Shown: in pieces, positions 29,517 through 38,876 of the stretch | How the letters are laid out: the number at the start of each line of letters is the position of its first letter | How positions within the stretch are numbered: the first letter of the stretch is position 1 | Source of the DNA: Deltaproteobacteria bacterium | Lineage (GTDB): Bacteria > Desulfobacterota > Binatia > UBA12015 | Length of the DNA: 64,000 bases | Direction: 5' to 3' | Assembly (NCBI GenBank): GCA_046583355.1 | Contig: JAYGCM010000069.1 | Location: forward strand, 32,001 to 96,000 | Notes under the pieces: generated by a model | Seen by the model: the letters and a program-made list of their open reading frames with translations, nothing else | What the model was told of the DNA's origin: nothing | Database searches by the model: none | Position numbers and translations under genes: made by a program

Positions 29517-29543
29517 CAAGGACTGGCGCAAATCCGCCGATGA
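29517..29543 (+). promoter_or_regulatory. sigma28 (FliA)-type promoter upstream of pilT
   Basis: CAAG-N15-GCCGATGA. Confidence 0.55.
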
Positions 29544-29640
29544 AGAGGGAGAAGGCCCAAGTAGACGCTTGGTCCAAGGCTTGCAGTACTTTCAGGGTGT
29601 TGCGCCGGACGGGGGTCCGGAGTTGGGGAGGTTTGTCGGT

Positions 29641-30750
29641 ATGCAGATGCACGAGTTATTTGAGGTGATGTCAGCGCAGGGTGCATCGGATCTTCACCTT
29701 GCGGAGGGCGCTGCGCCTACCATCCGTGTGGACGGCGCGATGCAGCCTCTGGAGGCCGCCGTGCTGACGGCCGCCGATACCCGACAGCTCTGCTACAGCG
29801 TCCTCTCGGAGCAGCAGAAGAAGAAGTTCGAAGAAGAGTCCGAACTCGACTTCTCCTTCGGCGTCCAGGGGCTTTCGCGCTTTCGCGGCAATCTATTCTT
29901 GCAGAAGGGTGCGGTGGGTGGCGTTTTTCGTGCCATCCCGCATGAGGCTCCGCCGCTTGCGGACCTCGGCTTGCCTCCGGCGGTCGATAGGTTGATCAAG
30001 CTGCCGCGTGGTCTGGTGCTCATCACCGGCCCGACTGGCAGTGGTAAATCGACCACGATGGCGGCGATGGTCAACGAGATCAACGAGACCCGCGCCGAGC
30101 ATATCATGACGGTCGAGGACCCGATCGAATTTCTTCATACGCATAAGCGCTGTATCGTCAATCAGCGAGAAGTTTTTGCCGATACGCAGAGCTTCGGCCA
30201 GGCGCTGAAGCATATCCTGCGGCAGGACCCCGATGTAGTATTGGTCGGCGAGTTGCGCGATCTTGAGACCATTGAGGCCGCGCTCACCATCGCCGAGACC
30301 GGACACCTGGTCTTTGCGACCCTGCATACGAACTCGGCCGTACAGACGATCAACCGCGTGATCGACGTTTTTCCGGCACACCAGCAATCCCAGGTGCGTG
30401 CACAGCTTTCGTTGGTGCTCGAAGCCGTGGTCTCGCAAACGCTGATGCCACGTTGCGACCGAGACGGCCGCGCCATGGCCTGCGAGTTGATGATTCCGAA
30501 CGCCGCCATCCGCAACCTCATCCGTGAGGAGAAGGTCCACCAGATCTACTCCCAGATGCAGGTCGGCCAGCAGAAATTCGGCATGATCACACTCTCGCAA
30601 TCGCTTCTGGACCTCTATACCCGCGGGCTGATCACGCGGGATGCCGCCTTGCTCGCAGCGACCGAAACCGATGAGCTCGAGCGCATGATGGGTAGTGCCG
30701 GGACGGCAGGGTCCGGCGCGTCTGGTTCGCGCATTACATTGGCGCGCTAG
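29641..30750 (+). CDS. pilT: Type IVa pilus retraction ATPase PilT
   Basis: GASDLHL, GPTGSGKSTT, TGHLVFATLHT and AIRNLIRE motifs. Confidence 0.97.
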   Translation: MQMHELFEVMSAQGASDLHLAEGAAPTIRVDGAMQPLEAAVLTAADTRQLCYSVLSEQQKKKFEEESELDFSFGVQGLSRFRGNLFLQKGAVGGVFRAIPHEAPPLADLGLPPAVDRLIKLPRGLVLITGPTGSGKSTTMAAMVNEINETRAEHIMTVEDPIEFLHTHKRCIVNQREVFADTQSFGQALKHILRQDPDVVLVGELRDLETIEAALTIAETGHLVFATLHTNSAVQTINRVIDVFPAHQQSQVRAQLSLVLEAVVSQTLMPRCDRDGRAMACELMIPNAAIRNLIREEKVHQIYSQMQVGQQKFGMITLSQSLLDLYTRGLITRDAALLAATETDELERMMGSAGTAGSGASGSRITLAR

Positions 30751-30757
30751 GTCGATC

Positions 30758-31981
30758 ATGCCGGTTTTTGCCTACGAAGGTCGTACCGCCAGCGGCAAGA
30801 CGCTGCGCGGCGATATGGAAGCGCCCTCGCGTGAGGCCGTGATCGCGCGGCTGCGCTCCCAGCGCATTCAGCCGATTGCCAAGCGGATCCGTGAGAAGGG
30901 CAAGGGCCTGAGCCGCGAGATCAATCTCCCGACCCTCGGACGGGCCGTGAAGCCGCAAGATGTGGTCGTCTTCACCCGCCAGCTGACCACCATGGTCGAG
31001 GCGGGCATGCCCTTGGTGCAGACGCTCGATATCCTCGGCTCGCAGAGCGACAATAAGCATTTCCAGAAGGAGATCCGCCAGGTCAAGGAGTCGGTCGAGT
31101 CCGGCTCGACTTTCTCGGATGCGCTGCGCCGCTTCCCCAAGACCTGGGACGATCTCTATACGAATATGGTTCAGGCCGGCGAGGTCGGCGGCATTCTCGA
31201 CACCATCCTCGGGCGTCTCTCCCTCTATATGGAGAAAACGCTCTCGCTCAAGCGTAAAATAAAAGGCGCGATGATCTACCCGGCCACGATCATTTCGGTG
31301 GCCGTGATCGTTACCCTGATTCTTCTGGTCTTCGTGATTCCTGTTTTTGCCGAGCTTTTCGGCAGCTTTGGCAAGGCGTTGCCGCTGCCCACCCAGATCG
31401 TCATCAATATCTCGAATTTCACGATTGCCTGGATGCATTTGATGGCCGCCGGCGTGGTTCTTTTCGCCCTCGGCGTGCGCCGGACCTATGGCACCGAGCA
31501 CGGGCGCTTCGCCATCGACAAGATGTTGCTCGGCACGCCTATCATCGGGTCGTTGTTGCTCAAGGCTTCGGTGGCGCGCTTTTCGCGCACTCTCGGCACG
31601 CTCGTGTCCTCGGGTGTGCCGATCCTCGATGCTCTGACCATCACCGCCCGGACCTCGGGTAATAAGGTCGTCGAGAGGGCCGCCTTTCGGGTGCGTGAGA
31701 GCATCAGCCAAGGCCGCACGATGCTGGAGCCCTTACTCGCCTCGGGCGTCTTTCCGCCCATGGTCTGCCAGATGATCGGTGCCGGCGAGATGACCGGCTC
31801 GCTTGATCAGATGTTGCAAAAGGTCGCCGATTTCTACGAAGAAGAGGTCGATAACGCAGTCGAGAACCTGACTGCGTTGATGGAACCGCTGGTCATCGTC
31901 GTGCTGGGCGTCATCATTGGCGGCTTGGTGATCTCGATGTACCTGCCGATCTTTCAGCTCGGACAGATTCTCTCGAGCTGA
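30758..31981 (+). CDS. pilC: Type IV pilus inner-membrane platform PilC
   Basis: FTRQL, AGEVGGILD, AMIYP and SMYLPIF; GspF family. Confidence 0.96.
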   Translation: MPVFAYEGRTASGKTLRGDMEAPSREAVIARLRSQRIQPIAKRIREKGKGLSREINLPTLGRAVKPQDVVVFTRQLTTMVEAGMPLVQTLDILGSQSDNKHFQKEIRQVKESVESGSTFSDALRRFPKTWDDLYTNMVQAGEVGGILDTILGRLSLYMEKTLSLKRKIKGAMIYPATIISVAVIVTLILLVFVIPVFAELFGSFGKALPLPTQIVINISNFTIAWMHLMAAGVVLFALGVRRTYGTEHGRFAIDKMLLGTPIIGSLLLKASVARFSRTLGTLVSSGVPILDALTITARTSGNKVVERAAFRVRESISQGRTMLEPLLASGVFPPMVCQMIGAGEMTGSLDQMLQKVADFYEEEVDNAVENLTALMEPLVIVVLGVIIGGLVISMYLPIFQLGQILSS

Positions 31982-32361
31982 GGACTTTCGTCTCCTTTGG
32001 CCGGGGATCCGCCGCGAAGAGCCGCGCACTCCTCTCCCCGCGGCGGCCGGTGGCGCGAAGGCGTCTTCCCTCGTGCCGTCGTCCTTACGACCGGCGGGCC
32101 ACCGCCGCGCGCGTCCAGGGCGCGCCTGTAGCATTTTGTTGCGCCGGCGTCGCTGGCCCCAACCGCTGGCAGTCGCCCGTCACGGGCCGCTGCGGCGCCG
32201 GACGACCGTCAAGTTTGCAACGCTTCGGTAGTCATATCGTCGAATATGAATCGAATGCCCGGTCAGATGCAACATGATGTTTCATGAGAGCCTTCTGGGA
32301 AAGGCTGTAAACTTCAGCGTTTTCCCCGAAAATACAGGGCGAATCCGGGGTGTGCCACTTT

Positions 32362-32377
32362 TGGCACTGTCATTGCT
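32362..32377 (+). promoter_or_regulatory. sigma54 promoter of pilA1
   Basis: TGGCAC-tgtca-TTGCT, exact GG-N10-GC spacing. Confidence 0.8.
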
Positions 32378-32477
32378 TTGACCTCTATCGAAGCCGCGCG
32401 TCGATTCGCGTCGGCCAATGTCAATGTATGGCCAGACGCCGCGGCGCGAACGGCCCCCCAATGGAGGAATAGGAAAA

Positions 32478-32834
32478 ATGGACATCAAGAATAAAGACGA
32501 AAACGGATTCACATTGATCGAACTGCTCGTGGTGGTGGCGATCATCGGGATTCTGGCAGCGATCGCGATTCCGCAGTTCTCGGCGTATCGCAACCAGGGT
32601 TTCAACGCGCGGTCGTCATCCGATCTGCGCAATCTGGCCACCGCACAAGAGGCCTTCTTCGCCCAGCAGGCGACCTACCAGGAAGACCCCGCATCTCTGC
32701 CGGGCTTTCGCCAGTCCCCGGGCGTGACCGTCACGGTCGCCGATAATGGCGACGGCACTTTCATCGCGACCGCGGTGCACTCCGCGACCGGCGAGATGTA
32801 CACGTGGAGCTCCGGCGCCGGCGGCTTGCAATAA
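32478..32834 (+). CDS. pilA: Type IVa major pilin 1 (108 aa mature, Cys-free, aromatic-rich)
   Basis: G/FTLIE prepilin site; FTLIELLVVVAIIGILAAIAIPQFSAY. Confidence 0.93.
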   Translation: MDIKNKDENGFTLIELLVVVAIIGILAAIAIPQFSAYRNQGFNARSSSDLRNLATAQEAFFAQQATYQEDPASLPGFRQSPGVTVTVADNGDGTFIATAVHSATGEMYTWSSGAGGLQ

Positions 32835-32877
32835 CCAACGACCTTTCCGGCCTTCGCGCCGGGCGAAGCATTCGGAA

Positions 32878-32917
32878 CAATGGCGCTGCTCTGCGAGGGG
32901 CAGCGCCATTGGTTTTT
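32878..32917 (+). terminator. Terminator after pilA1
   Basis: CAATGGCGCTGCTCT-gcga-GGGGCAGCGCCATTG followed by gTTTTT. Confidence 0.7.
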
Positions 32918-32948
32918 CCGGCGTCGGAACCAGAGGGCAAGAAGAGCG

Positions 32949-34556
32949 ATGGATCGATCGAAGGCATTGGCGGTTTTGGCCGTGGCGGGTGCGTTGTTGC
33001 ATTTCTTCGGCACCAATATCGCCGACCCGGATACCTGGGGCCATCTGCGCTACGGCACCTCGATGTGGGAGGGCGCCGGGCTCCCCTGGTTCGATACGTT
33101 TTCTTACACGGCCGCTGGCGCGGTCTTCTACGACCATGAATGGCTGAGCGATTTCTTCTTCGCCGGTCTTTGGCTGTCGGTGGGCTCGCCCGGGCTGATC
33201 CTCGCCAAGCTGCTTTTTGGCTTGCTGATTGTTGTTTTGCTTCGCGATGCCGGCGCCACGCTTGGCCGCACCTGGTATCCGAAGTTTCGCGCCCATCCCC
33301 TCACCGAGGCCCTGGTTCTCGTGCTGGCGCTTTCGGTCATCGCGCCCGGTGCGACGTTTCGCCCGCAACTCTGGACGATGTTGCTCCTCGCCGCACAACT
33401 CGCCACGCTGGCCCGCGCCGAGGCGCGCCTGCGCGCCAAGGCCTACCGCGGGAGGGTTGGCTGGGAGGTCGGCGTGCAGCCTGCGTTGATTGCTTTCTGG
33501 GCCAATCTGCATGGCGGCTTCCTTGTCGGTATCGCCGTCTTCGGGCTCTTCGTCGCCAGTGTTCTCGTGCGCGCATGGAGCGGGCTCTTTCCCGCCCGTC
33601 TGCGGCCGCGCGAAGGCTTGGCGGTGGCCGGGCTTGGTCTTGCCGCTCTCGCGGCACCGCTTTTGAACCCCTATGGGGCCGAACTCTATACCTACCTCTG
33701 GCGCACGCTCGGTGACCATGGGGCGATCGGCGAGTGGTACGCCGTAGCTCTCAGCGACCCGAATTTTTTCCGCTTTCAGGCGCTGGTGCTACTCGCCTTG
33801 GCCGCGGCGTTTTTTCTCGCGCGCCGCCGGCGCCTGCCGCTGGCCGATCTTGCTCTGGGCTGGTGGCTGCCGCTGCTGGTATTGCTCGCCTTCTACGCCT
33901 ACCGCCACCAGCGCCATACCGTTCTTTTTGCCGAGGCGGTCGTGCCTTTCCTGATTGTTGCCGGCGAGCGGGCGCGCTGTCTGCTGCGGCGGCGTTGGCC
34001 CGTGCTTCGTCCGACACCCTTTTTGCGCCATGCGGTTTTCTGCGCGCTCGTTCTGCTTGCCGGAATGCAGATCGGCGGCTTTGGCCGCACTCTCGCGCGC
34101 GATGGCGGAACCATCCGCTTCGACCGCTTCGAGTATCCGGTCGATGTCGTGCAATTCCTCCACGAGAACGGCCTGCGTGGGAATATCGCGATGCCTTTCG
34201 AATGGGGCGCGTATGCCAATTGGAAGCTCGGGGACGAGTTCCAGGTCTTCATCGATGGCCGCTTCGAGGCGGTCTTTCCGCCGCGGGTGATCGAAGATTA
34301 TTTCCGCTTTACCGAAGGTGCTCCCGGCTGGGAGCGCCTTCTCGATGCATATCCGACCGAGATTATCGTCGTGCAGCGGTGGCGCAATATCCACCCCCGT
34401 CTCTTTGCTCGCGACGATCTGCGCTATGTTTATTCCGACCCGGCTGCCTTGGTTTTTGTGCGCCCCACGCCGACCAACGCAGCGGCGCTCGATCGGCTGA
34501 CGCGGATTGCCGATGCCCGCCTCGAGTTTCCCACGCTCGATACGGTCTTTCCTTGA
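32949..34556 (+). CDS. Polytopic membrane protein, GT-C-like (candidate pilin glycosyltransferase)
   Basis: About 10 hydrophobic segments; DPDTWGH in the first loop; HEWL, RPQL, WANLHGGF and VFIDGR motifs; soluble C-terminal domain. Confidence 0.6.
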   Translation: MDRSKALAVLAVAGALLHFFGTNIADPDTWGHLRYGTSMWEGAGLPWFDTFSYTAAGAVFYDHEWLSDFFFAGLWLSVGSPGLILAKLLFGLLIVVLLRDAGATLGRTWYPKFRAHPLTEALVLVLALSVIAPGATFRPQLWTMLLLAAQLATLARAEARLRAKAYRGRVGWEVGVQPALIAFWANLHGGFLVGIAVFGLFVASVLVRAWSGLFPARLRPREGLAVAGLGLAALAAPLLNPYGAELYTYLWRTLGDHGAIGEWYAVALSDPNFFRFQALVLLALAAAFFLARRRRLPLADLALGWWLPLLVLLAFYAYRHQRHTVLFAEAVVPFLIVAGERARCLLRRRWPVLRPTPFLRHAVFCALVLLAGMQIGGFGRTLARDGGTIRFDRFEYPVDVVQFLHENGLRGNIAMPFEWGAYANWKLGDEFQVFIDGRFEAVFPPRVIEDYFRFTEGAPGWERLLDAYPTEIIVVQRWRNIHPRLFARDDLRYVYSDPAALVFVRPTPTNAAALDRLTRIADARLEFPTLDTVFP

Positions 34557-34626
34557 GCGTTCTTTTGCACTGGCCGCCCGCGCGCTGTGGTGGCTGGAGG
34601 GGCCGCCGCATGCGAGCATCCAGAGC

Positions 34627-35418
34627 GTGGTTCCGGATTCCTTTTTGATCTCGCTGGTTGTCCTCCTGGGTGCGATGCTCGGGAGTTTTCTGAATGTCGT
34701 GATCTACCGCGTGCCGTGTGGCGAAAGCATCGTGCATCCGCGCTCACATTGTCCCGGCTGCGGCCATATTCTCGCGGCCTGGGAGAATATTCCGGTGCTC
34801 AGCTGGGTGCTTCTGCGGGCGCGTTGCCGCGGCTGCGGCAACGCGATTTCGCCGCGCTACCCGATTGTCGAGATCCTCTGCGGGCTGCTTGCCTGGGCGC
34901 TCTATAGGCGCTTCGGGCCAACTCCTGAGTTCCTCGGCTTCGCTATTTTCTCCTACCTGCTGGTCGCGCTCACCTATATCGATCTCGACCATCAGCTCCT
35001 GCCCGATAGGCTGACGCTGCCCGGGCTCGGTGTGGGGCTGCTGGCCGCGCCGCTGATCCACCGCGCCCAACCGCTGCCGGCCTTCGGCGATGCTGCGCTC
35101 GGCGCGTTGGTTGGCGGCGGGATCCTCTATCTGGTCGCTTGGTCCTATGAAAAGGCGACCGGGCGTGAGGGCATGGGCGGTGGCGATATCAAATTTCTTG
35201 CGATGATCGGCGCGTTTCTCGGCTGGCAGGGCGTTCTGTTGACCCTTTTCCTGGGCTCGATTGTTGGCTCGGTGATTGGTGTGGCAACCATGGTGGCGCG
35301 CCGCGAAGACACCAAACTCGCTCTGCCCTTCGGCCCCTTCCTCGCGATCGGTGCCCTGGTCACGCTCTTCCAAGGCGATGCGATCCTGGCCTGGTATCTC
35401 GGCACCATGCGGCTCTGA
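34627..35418 (+). CDS. pilD: Prepilin peptidase / N-methyltransferase
   Basis: GSFLNVVIYRVP, two CxxC, IDLD, GMGGGDIK and PFGPFL motifs; start approximate. Confidence 0.95.
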   Translation: MVPDSFLISLVVLLGAMLGSFLNVVIYRVPCGESIVHPRSHCPGCGHILAAWENIPVLSWVLLRARCRGCGNAISPRYPIVEILCGLLAWALYRRFGPTPEFLGFAIFSYLLVALTYIDLDHQLLPDRLTLPGLGVGLLAAPLIHRAQPLPAFGDAALGALVGGGILYLVAWSYEKATGREGMGGGDIKFLAMIGAFLGWQGVLLTLFLGSIVGSVIGVATMVARREDTKLALPFGPFLAIGALVTLFQGDAILAWYLGTMRL

Positions 35419-35486
35419 TTTCTGCTCTCGGGGGATTCCCCGAGCTCGGCCAAATGGTAGGATCTGTCCCATTGGAGGGCTTGAAA

Positions 35487-36134
35487 ATGGTGAATGATTT
35501 TCTTCCGATCCGGACGCCTCGTAGGGGGCATCTGCTGGCAGGACTCCTGATGTTCGTGCTCGTGCTGCTGGCGTTTCTGGCAGGTCCGGCCGCTGGCGCC
35601 ATGTCGGTGCTTGGCTCGAGCAATGGACGCGAATGCTACCTGCACGCAACCATGAGCAGCGGGTCGCCGGAGGCGGCGTTGGTCTGTCGCGATGCCCTTG
35701 CACTCGATGGCCTGGGCCAACGCGACCGCGCCGCGACTCTGGTGAACCTGGGCATCGTGCTCACCCATGCCCAAGACCATGCTGCGGCAATTGTGGTCTT
35801 TGACGAAGCGGAGTCGCTGCGCCCGGGGCTTACCGAGGCGATGATCAATCGGGGCAATGCGTATTTCCACCAGCGTGATTATCCCCGTGCGATCGCAGAG
35901 TATGGGCGCAGTCTCGAAGAGGGGACAACGCGGCGGGCCGCGGCCTATGTGAACCGGGCATTGGCGTATGAATATACGCGCGATTATGCGAGCGCGGCGC
36001 GCGATTATGCTTGCGCGCTGGTCCATCGCCCCTCGTTTGCGAAAGCCGATCGCGGCGTTGTCCGCGTGCGCGCGCACGGCCATGCGATCCCCACGCGTTG
36101 CGTGGTGGAACATTCGCGCACGATTGTCGAGTAG
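35487..36134 (+). CDS. Exported TPR protein
   Basis: Signal/TM segment; TPR-like repeats (LVNLG, MINRG, YVNRA). Confidence 0.75.
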   Translation: MVNDFLPIRTPRRGHLLAGLLMFVLVLLAFLAGPAAGAMSVLGSSNGRECYLHATMSSGSPEAALVCRDALALDGLGQRDRAATLVNLGIVLTHAQDHAAAIVVFDEAESLRPGLTEAMINRGNAYFHQRDYPRAIAEYGRSLEEGTTRRAAAYVNRALAYEYTRDYASAARDYACALVHRPSFAKADRGVVRVRAHGHAIPTRCVVEHSRTIVE

Positions 36135-36191
36135 GCTATTTCCTTCGTGCCCCTCCTTGCCGGTTGGCAGGAGTCGGCGTAGCTGCGGCCT

Positions 36192-36605
36192 GTGGCGCGA
36201 ACATCGCACGGTTTCACTTTGCTCGAATTGCTCGTGGCGATCGGCCTGCTGGCGATCCTTGCGGGGGTCGCGGCGCCCGGCTTTGGCGCACTCGCCGGTG
36301 GCTGGCAGCTGCGGGCGGCGGCGCTGCGCGTGGCCGGCACCTTGAACCGGGCTCGTGCCGGCGCGTTGCGTGGCTCCGAATCGTGGTCTGTACGGGCGTC
36401 GGGTGACGCCCTTCTTTTCGGGCCGGTACGGGGGAGGGCACAGAGAGTCGCGATGCCGGCGGGAATTTTCGTCTCGGTCAACTCTGGCGGTGTCGTGCAA
36501 TTCTCACGCACCGGCTACGCCGAGAATGCCACTTTCCGGCTTCTCGGCGACCAGGGGGAGCGCCGCGTGGTGGTGAACCAGCGTGGTCGGATCAGGTTGC
36601 AATGA
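36192..36605 (+). CDS. Minor pilin, FimT/FimU (GspH-like), cassette 1
   Basis: GFTLLELLV; C-terminal VVVNQRGRIR. Confidence 0.8.
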   Translation: MARTSHGFTLLELLVAIGLLAILAGVAAPGFGALAGGWQLRAAALRVAGTLNRARAGALRGSESWSVRASGDALLFGPVRGRAQRVAMPAGIFVSVNSGGVVQFSRTGYAENATFRLLGDQGERRVVVNQRGRIRLQ

Positions 36606-36976
36606 AGCCGCGTCCGCGACGCAAGGTGGCGGGTGGGTTCACGCTCGTCGAGGTTCTGGTGGCACTCGGGATCGCCGTCTCGGGAAGCATGCTCGCGCTC
36701 TCGGCCAGTGCGACCATGCTGCGCTTTGTTCACGCGGCGCGCGCCGAGGCCGCGGGGCTGGCGGCCGCTCAGGCAAAGGTTGAGGAGTTGATCTCGACCA
36801 GGCGCGCGAGCCGCCTGGAGGGCAATGATGTAGTCGAGCTTGCGGGTGTCGAGGTCGGTCGCATCTGGCGGGTGCGGCCGCATCCGGATCTTCCCGGCCT
36901 CCAGCGCGTCGAGGTGAGCGCACGTTGGCAGGAGCCGCAGCTCACCGTGCTGGTTCTCGTGGCGGTCGCCCCATGA
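36602..36976 (+). CDS. Minor pilin, PilV-like, cassette 1
   Basis: GFTLVEVLVAL; AQAKVEEL; ATGA-coupled to the previous gene. Confidence 0.75.
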   Translation: MKPRPRRKVAGGFTLVEVLVALGIAVSGSMLALSASATMLRFVHAARAEAAGLAAAQAKVEELISTRRASRLEGNDVVELAGVEVGRIWRVRPHPDLPGLQRVEVSARWQEPQLTVLVLVAVAP

Positions 36977-37605
36977 AGCCGTCTGGCCGGCGGCCGTGCG
37001 GAGTTCCGGCTGCCGGCGAGAGCGCCGCGCCGGGCTTCACATTGGTCGAATTGCTCGTCGCGCTTGGACTCGGCCTCAGTGTCCTGGCACTGCTCTCAAG
37101 CGTCCTTGTGCTGCACCTTCGCCTCGCGCGTCAGGTACAAGCAGAGGCGCGTATGGTCGGCGATCTCGCGTGGGCTATGCGTGTAGTCTCCGCTGATCTG
37201 CGCGATGCCGGGCTCGACCCTTCGCTTGCGGGCCACGCGGCATTCGCCAGCGCCGGGCCGCGTGGCTTCGTGCGGCTGGCGGATCGCAATGGCGACGGCC
37301 AGATCGACGAGCGTTCCGAGGAGATGGTCGGCATGGTGCAGAACGCGGGCAGCAGCCTGCTGCGCCGCGTAGGCCGCCAGGGGATGTCGGTGCTGCAGGG
37401 CCTGCCGGATGACGGCTTCCGGACTATCTTTTTTGATGCCGAAGGAGCCGTCCTGGGTACGGAGGGAATCGCGCTCTCCGCTGCCCAGAGGCAACAGGTG
37501 GCGCGGGTGCGCTTCGAGGTGGAGGTGGCGCGCGAGGCGCAGAGCCTGCGTGGTCGATTTCGCCTGCAAACCACCACGGCGCTACGCACCAGGCTGGCCC
37601 GGTGA
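36973..37605 (+). CDS. Minor pilin, PilW-like, cassette 1
   Basis: GFTLVELLVAL; DLRDAG.DP; DRNGDG. Confidence 0.75.
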   Translation: MKPSGRRPCGVPAAGESAAPGFTLVELLVALGLGLSVLALLSSVLVLHLRLARQVQAEARMVGDLAWAMRVVSADLRDAGLDPSLAGHAAFASAGPRGFVRLADRNGDGQIDERSEEMVGMVQNAGSSLLRRVGRQGMSVLQGLPDDGFRTIFFDAEGAVLGTEGIALSAAQRQQVARVRFEVEVAREAQSLRGRFRLQTTTALRTRLAR

Positions 37606-38615
37606 GGTTGCGCCTCTGCGCCGCGCAGCGCGGCATTGTGCTGATCTCGGCATTGCTCCTACTTGTGCTCCTCACCGCCGCGACGGGCGCCGGATTGTGG
37701 CTGGTGCGCTCTGATCTTTGGGCGGCCGGCGCGGCGCGAGCAGAATTGCAGGCGCTCTATACCGCCGAGGCGGGCCTTTTTGCGGCCGCAGCGGGCATTG
37801 CGCCGGCGACGCTTGGGCTGAACGAACCTGAGGCATGGCAAGCCTTGCCCATCGGAATCAAGCAGTTTTTTCCAGGCCCCCCCTTCGGCTATCGCCTGCG
37901 TAATCCGCGTGGCGGGTTCGGCAGTGGCGGGCGGCCGCTGCTGCGCCTTGAGGTCGAGTCCGAGGCGGTAGCCGGTGCGCGCCGACACCTCGAGGCTACC
38001 ATCGTTCGTCGTGAGCAGGCCTATGCGCCGGCTGCCATGCTGATCCGCCTGGGCGGCATTGACCTCACGCAGGCGGCGCTTTCGCTCGCCACAGCACCTA
38101 ATCTGCGCTTGCGCGGAACCGTCAGCGCACCGGCGCTTGCGGCTGCTGGCGAAGAAGTCGAGCGCCGGCTCTTTGCCCTTCTGGCGGATTCGCGGGTCCA
38201 CGTCCGGCCACGCGGCCCTATCGGTTTCGCCGCCCCCATCGCCATTGCGGCATTCGCGGCCGCGACCGGGCGCCCCGTGGAGGCCGGCCCTCTTTTTTCC
38301 CCTCCTGCGGGCGGCGCCCATCTGCGTTTCCTTGGCGGGGGTACGCTGCCGAATTTGGTGGGTGATGGTTTGGTAGTTTCGCTCGGCGACCTTCGCATTG
38401 AGAATGCGTTCGACTTCGCCGGTGTTCTACTGGTTGCCGGGCGCCTCGAGTTGGACGCGACAACCTGCCGGATGCGCGGATTCGTTCAGGCCGATAGCCT
38501 GGTGCTGCACGCACCCTGCGAGTTCGTCCTGGACCCGCAGGCCGTGCGCGCCGCCGACGCCCTCGAGCCTCTGCCGCGGGCCGCTCGCGTGCATTCGCTG
38601 CAAGATAAGGACTGA
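37602..38615 (+). CDS. Minor pilin, PilX-like, cassette 1
   Basis: G/IVLIS (no Glu5, typical of PilX); ALYTAEAG. Confidence 0.7.
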   Translation: MRLRLCAAQRGIVLISALLLLVLLTAATGAGLWLVRSDLWAAGAARAELQALYTAEAGLFAAAAGIAPATLGLNEPEAWQALPIGIKQFFPGPPFGYRLRNPRGGFGSGGRPLLRLEVESEAVAGARRHLEATIVRREQAYAPAAMLIRLGGIDLTQAALSLATAPNLRLRGTVSAPALAAAGEEVERRLFALLADSRVHVRPRGPIGFAAPIAIAAFAAATGRPVEAGPLFSPPAGGAHLRFLGGGTLPNLVGDGLVVSLGDLRIENAFDFAGVLLVAGRLELDATTCRMRGFVQADSLVLHAPCEFVLDPQAVRAADALEPLPRAARVHSLQDKD

Positions 38616-38876
38616 GTGCTGCCGGCGAACGGCTCCCGAATGCAGGCCGGCTTTTGGCCGGATCTCTAGCCTGGGCCGGTGTTTGGATGGGCCGCCGCTT
38701 CGGCAGGGAGCCTGCGAAGTGCCGATCCTGTCTGTCGAAGCGACGAAAATGTACCGCTCCATTCGCCTCGGCAAACGCGGTTATTTATCTAACTAGCTGA
38801 ATTTACTCGGGTAAATTTTAAGCCCCCTCCTGTCCGCGGCGGTACGGACCTTGCAGTTAACCGGCGTGGAGGGGCT

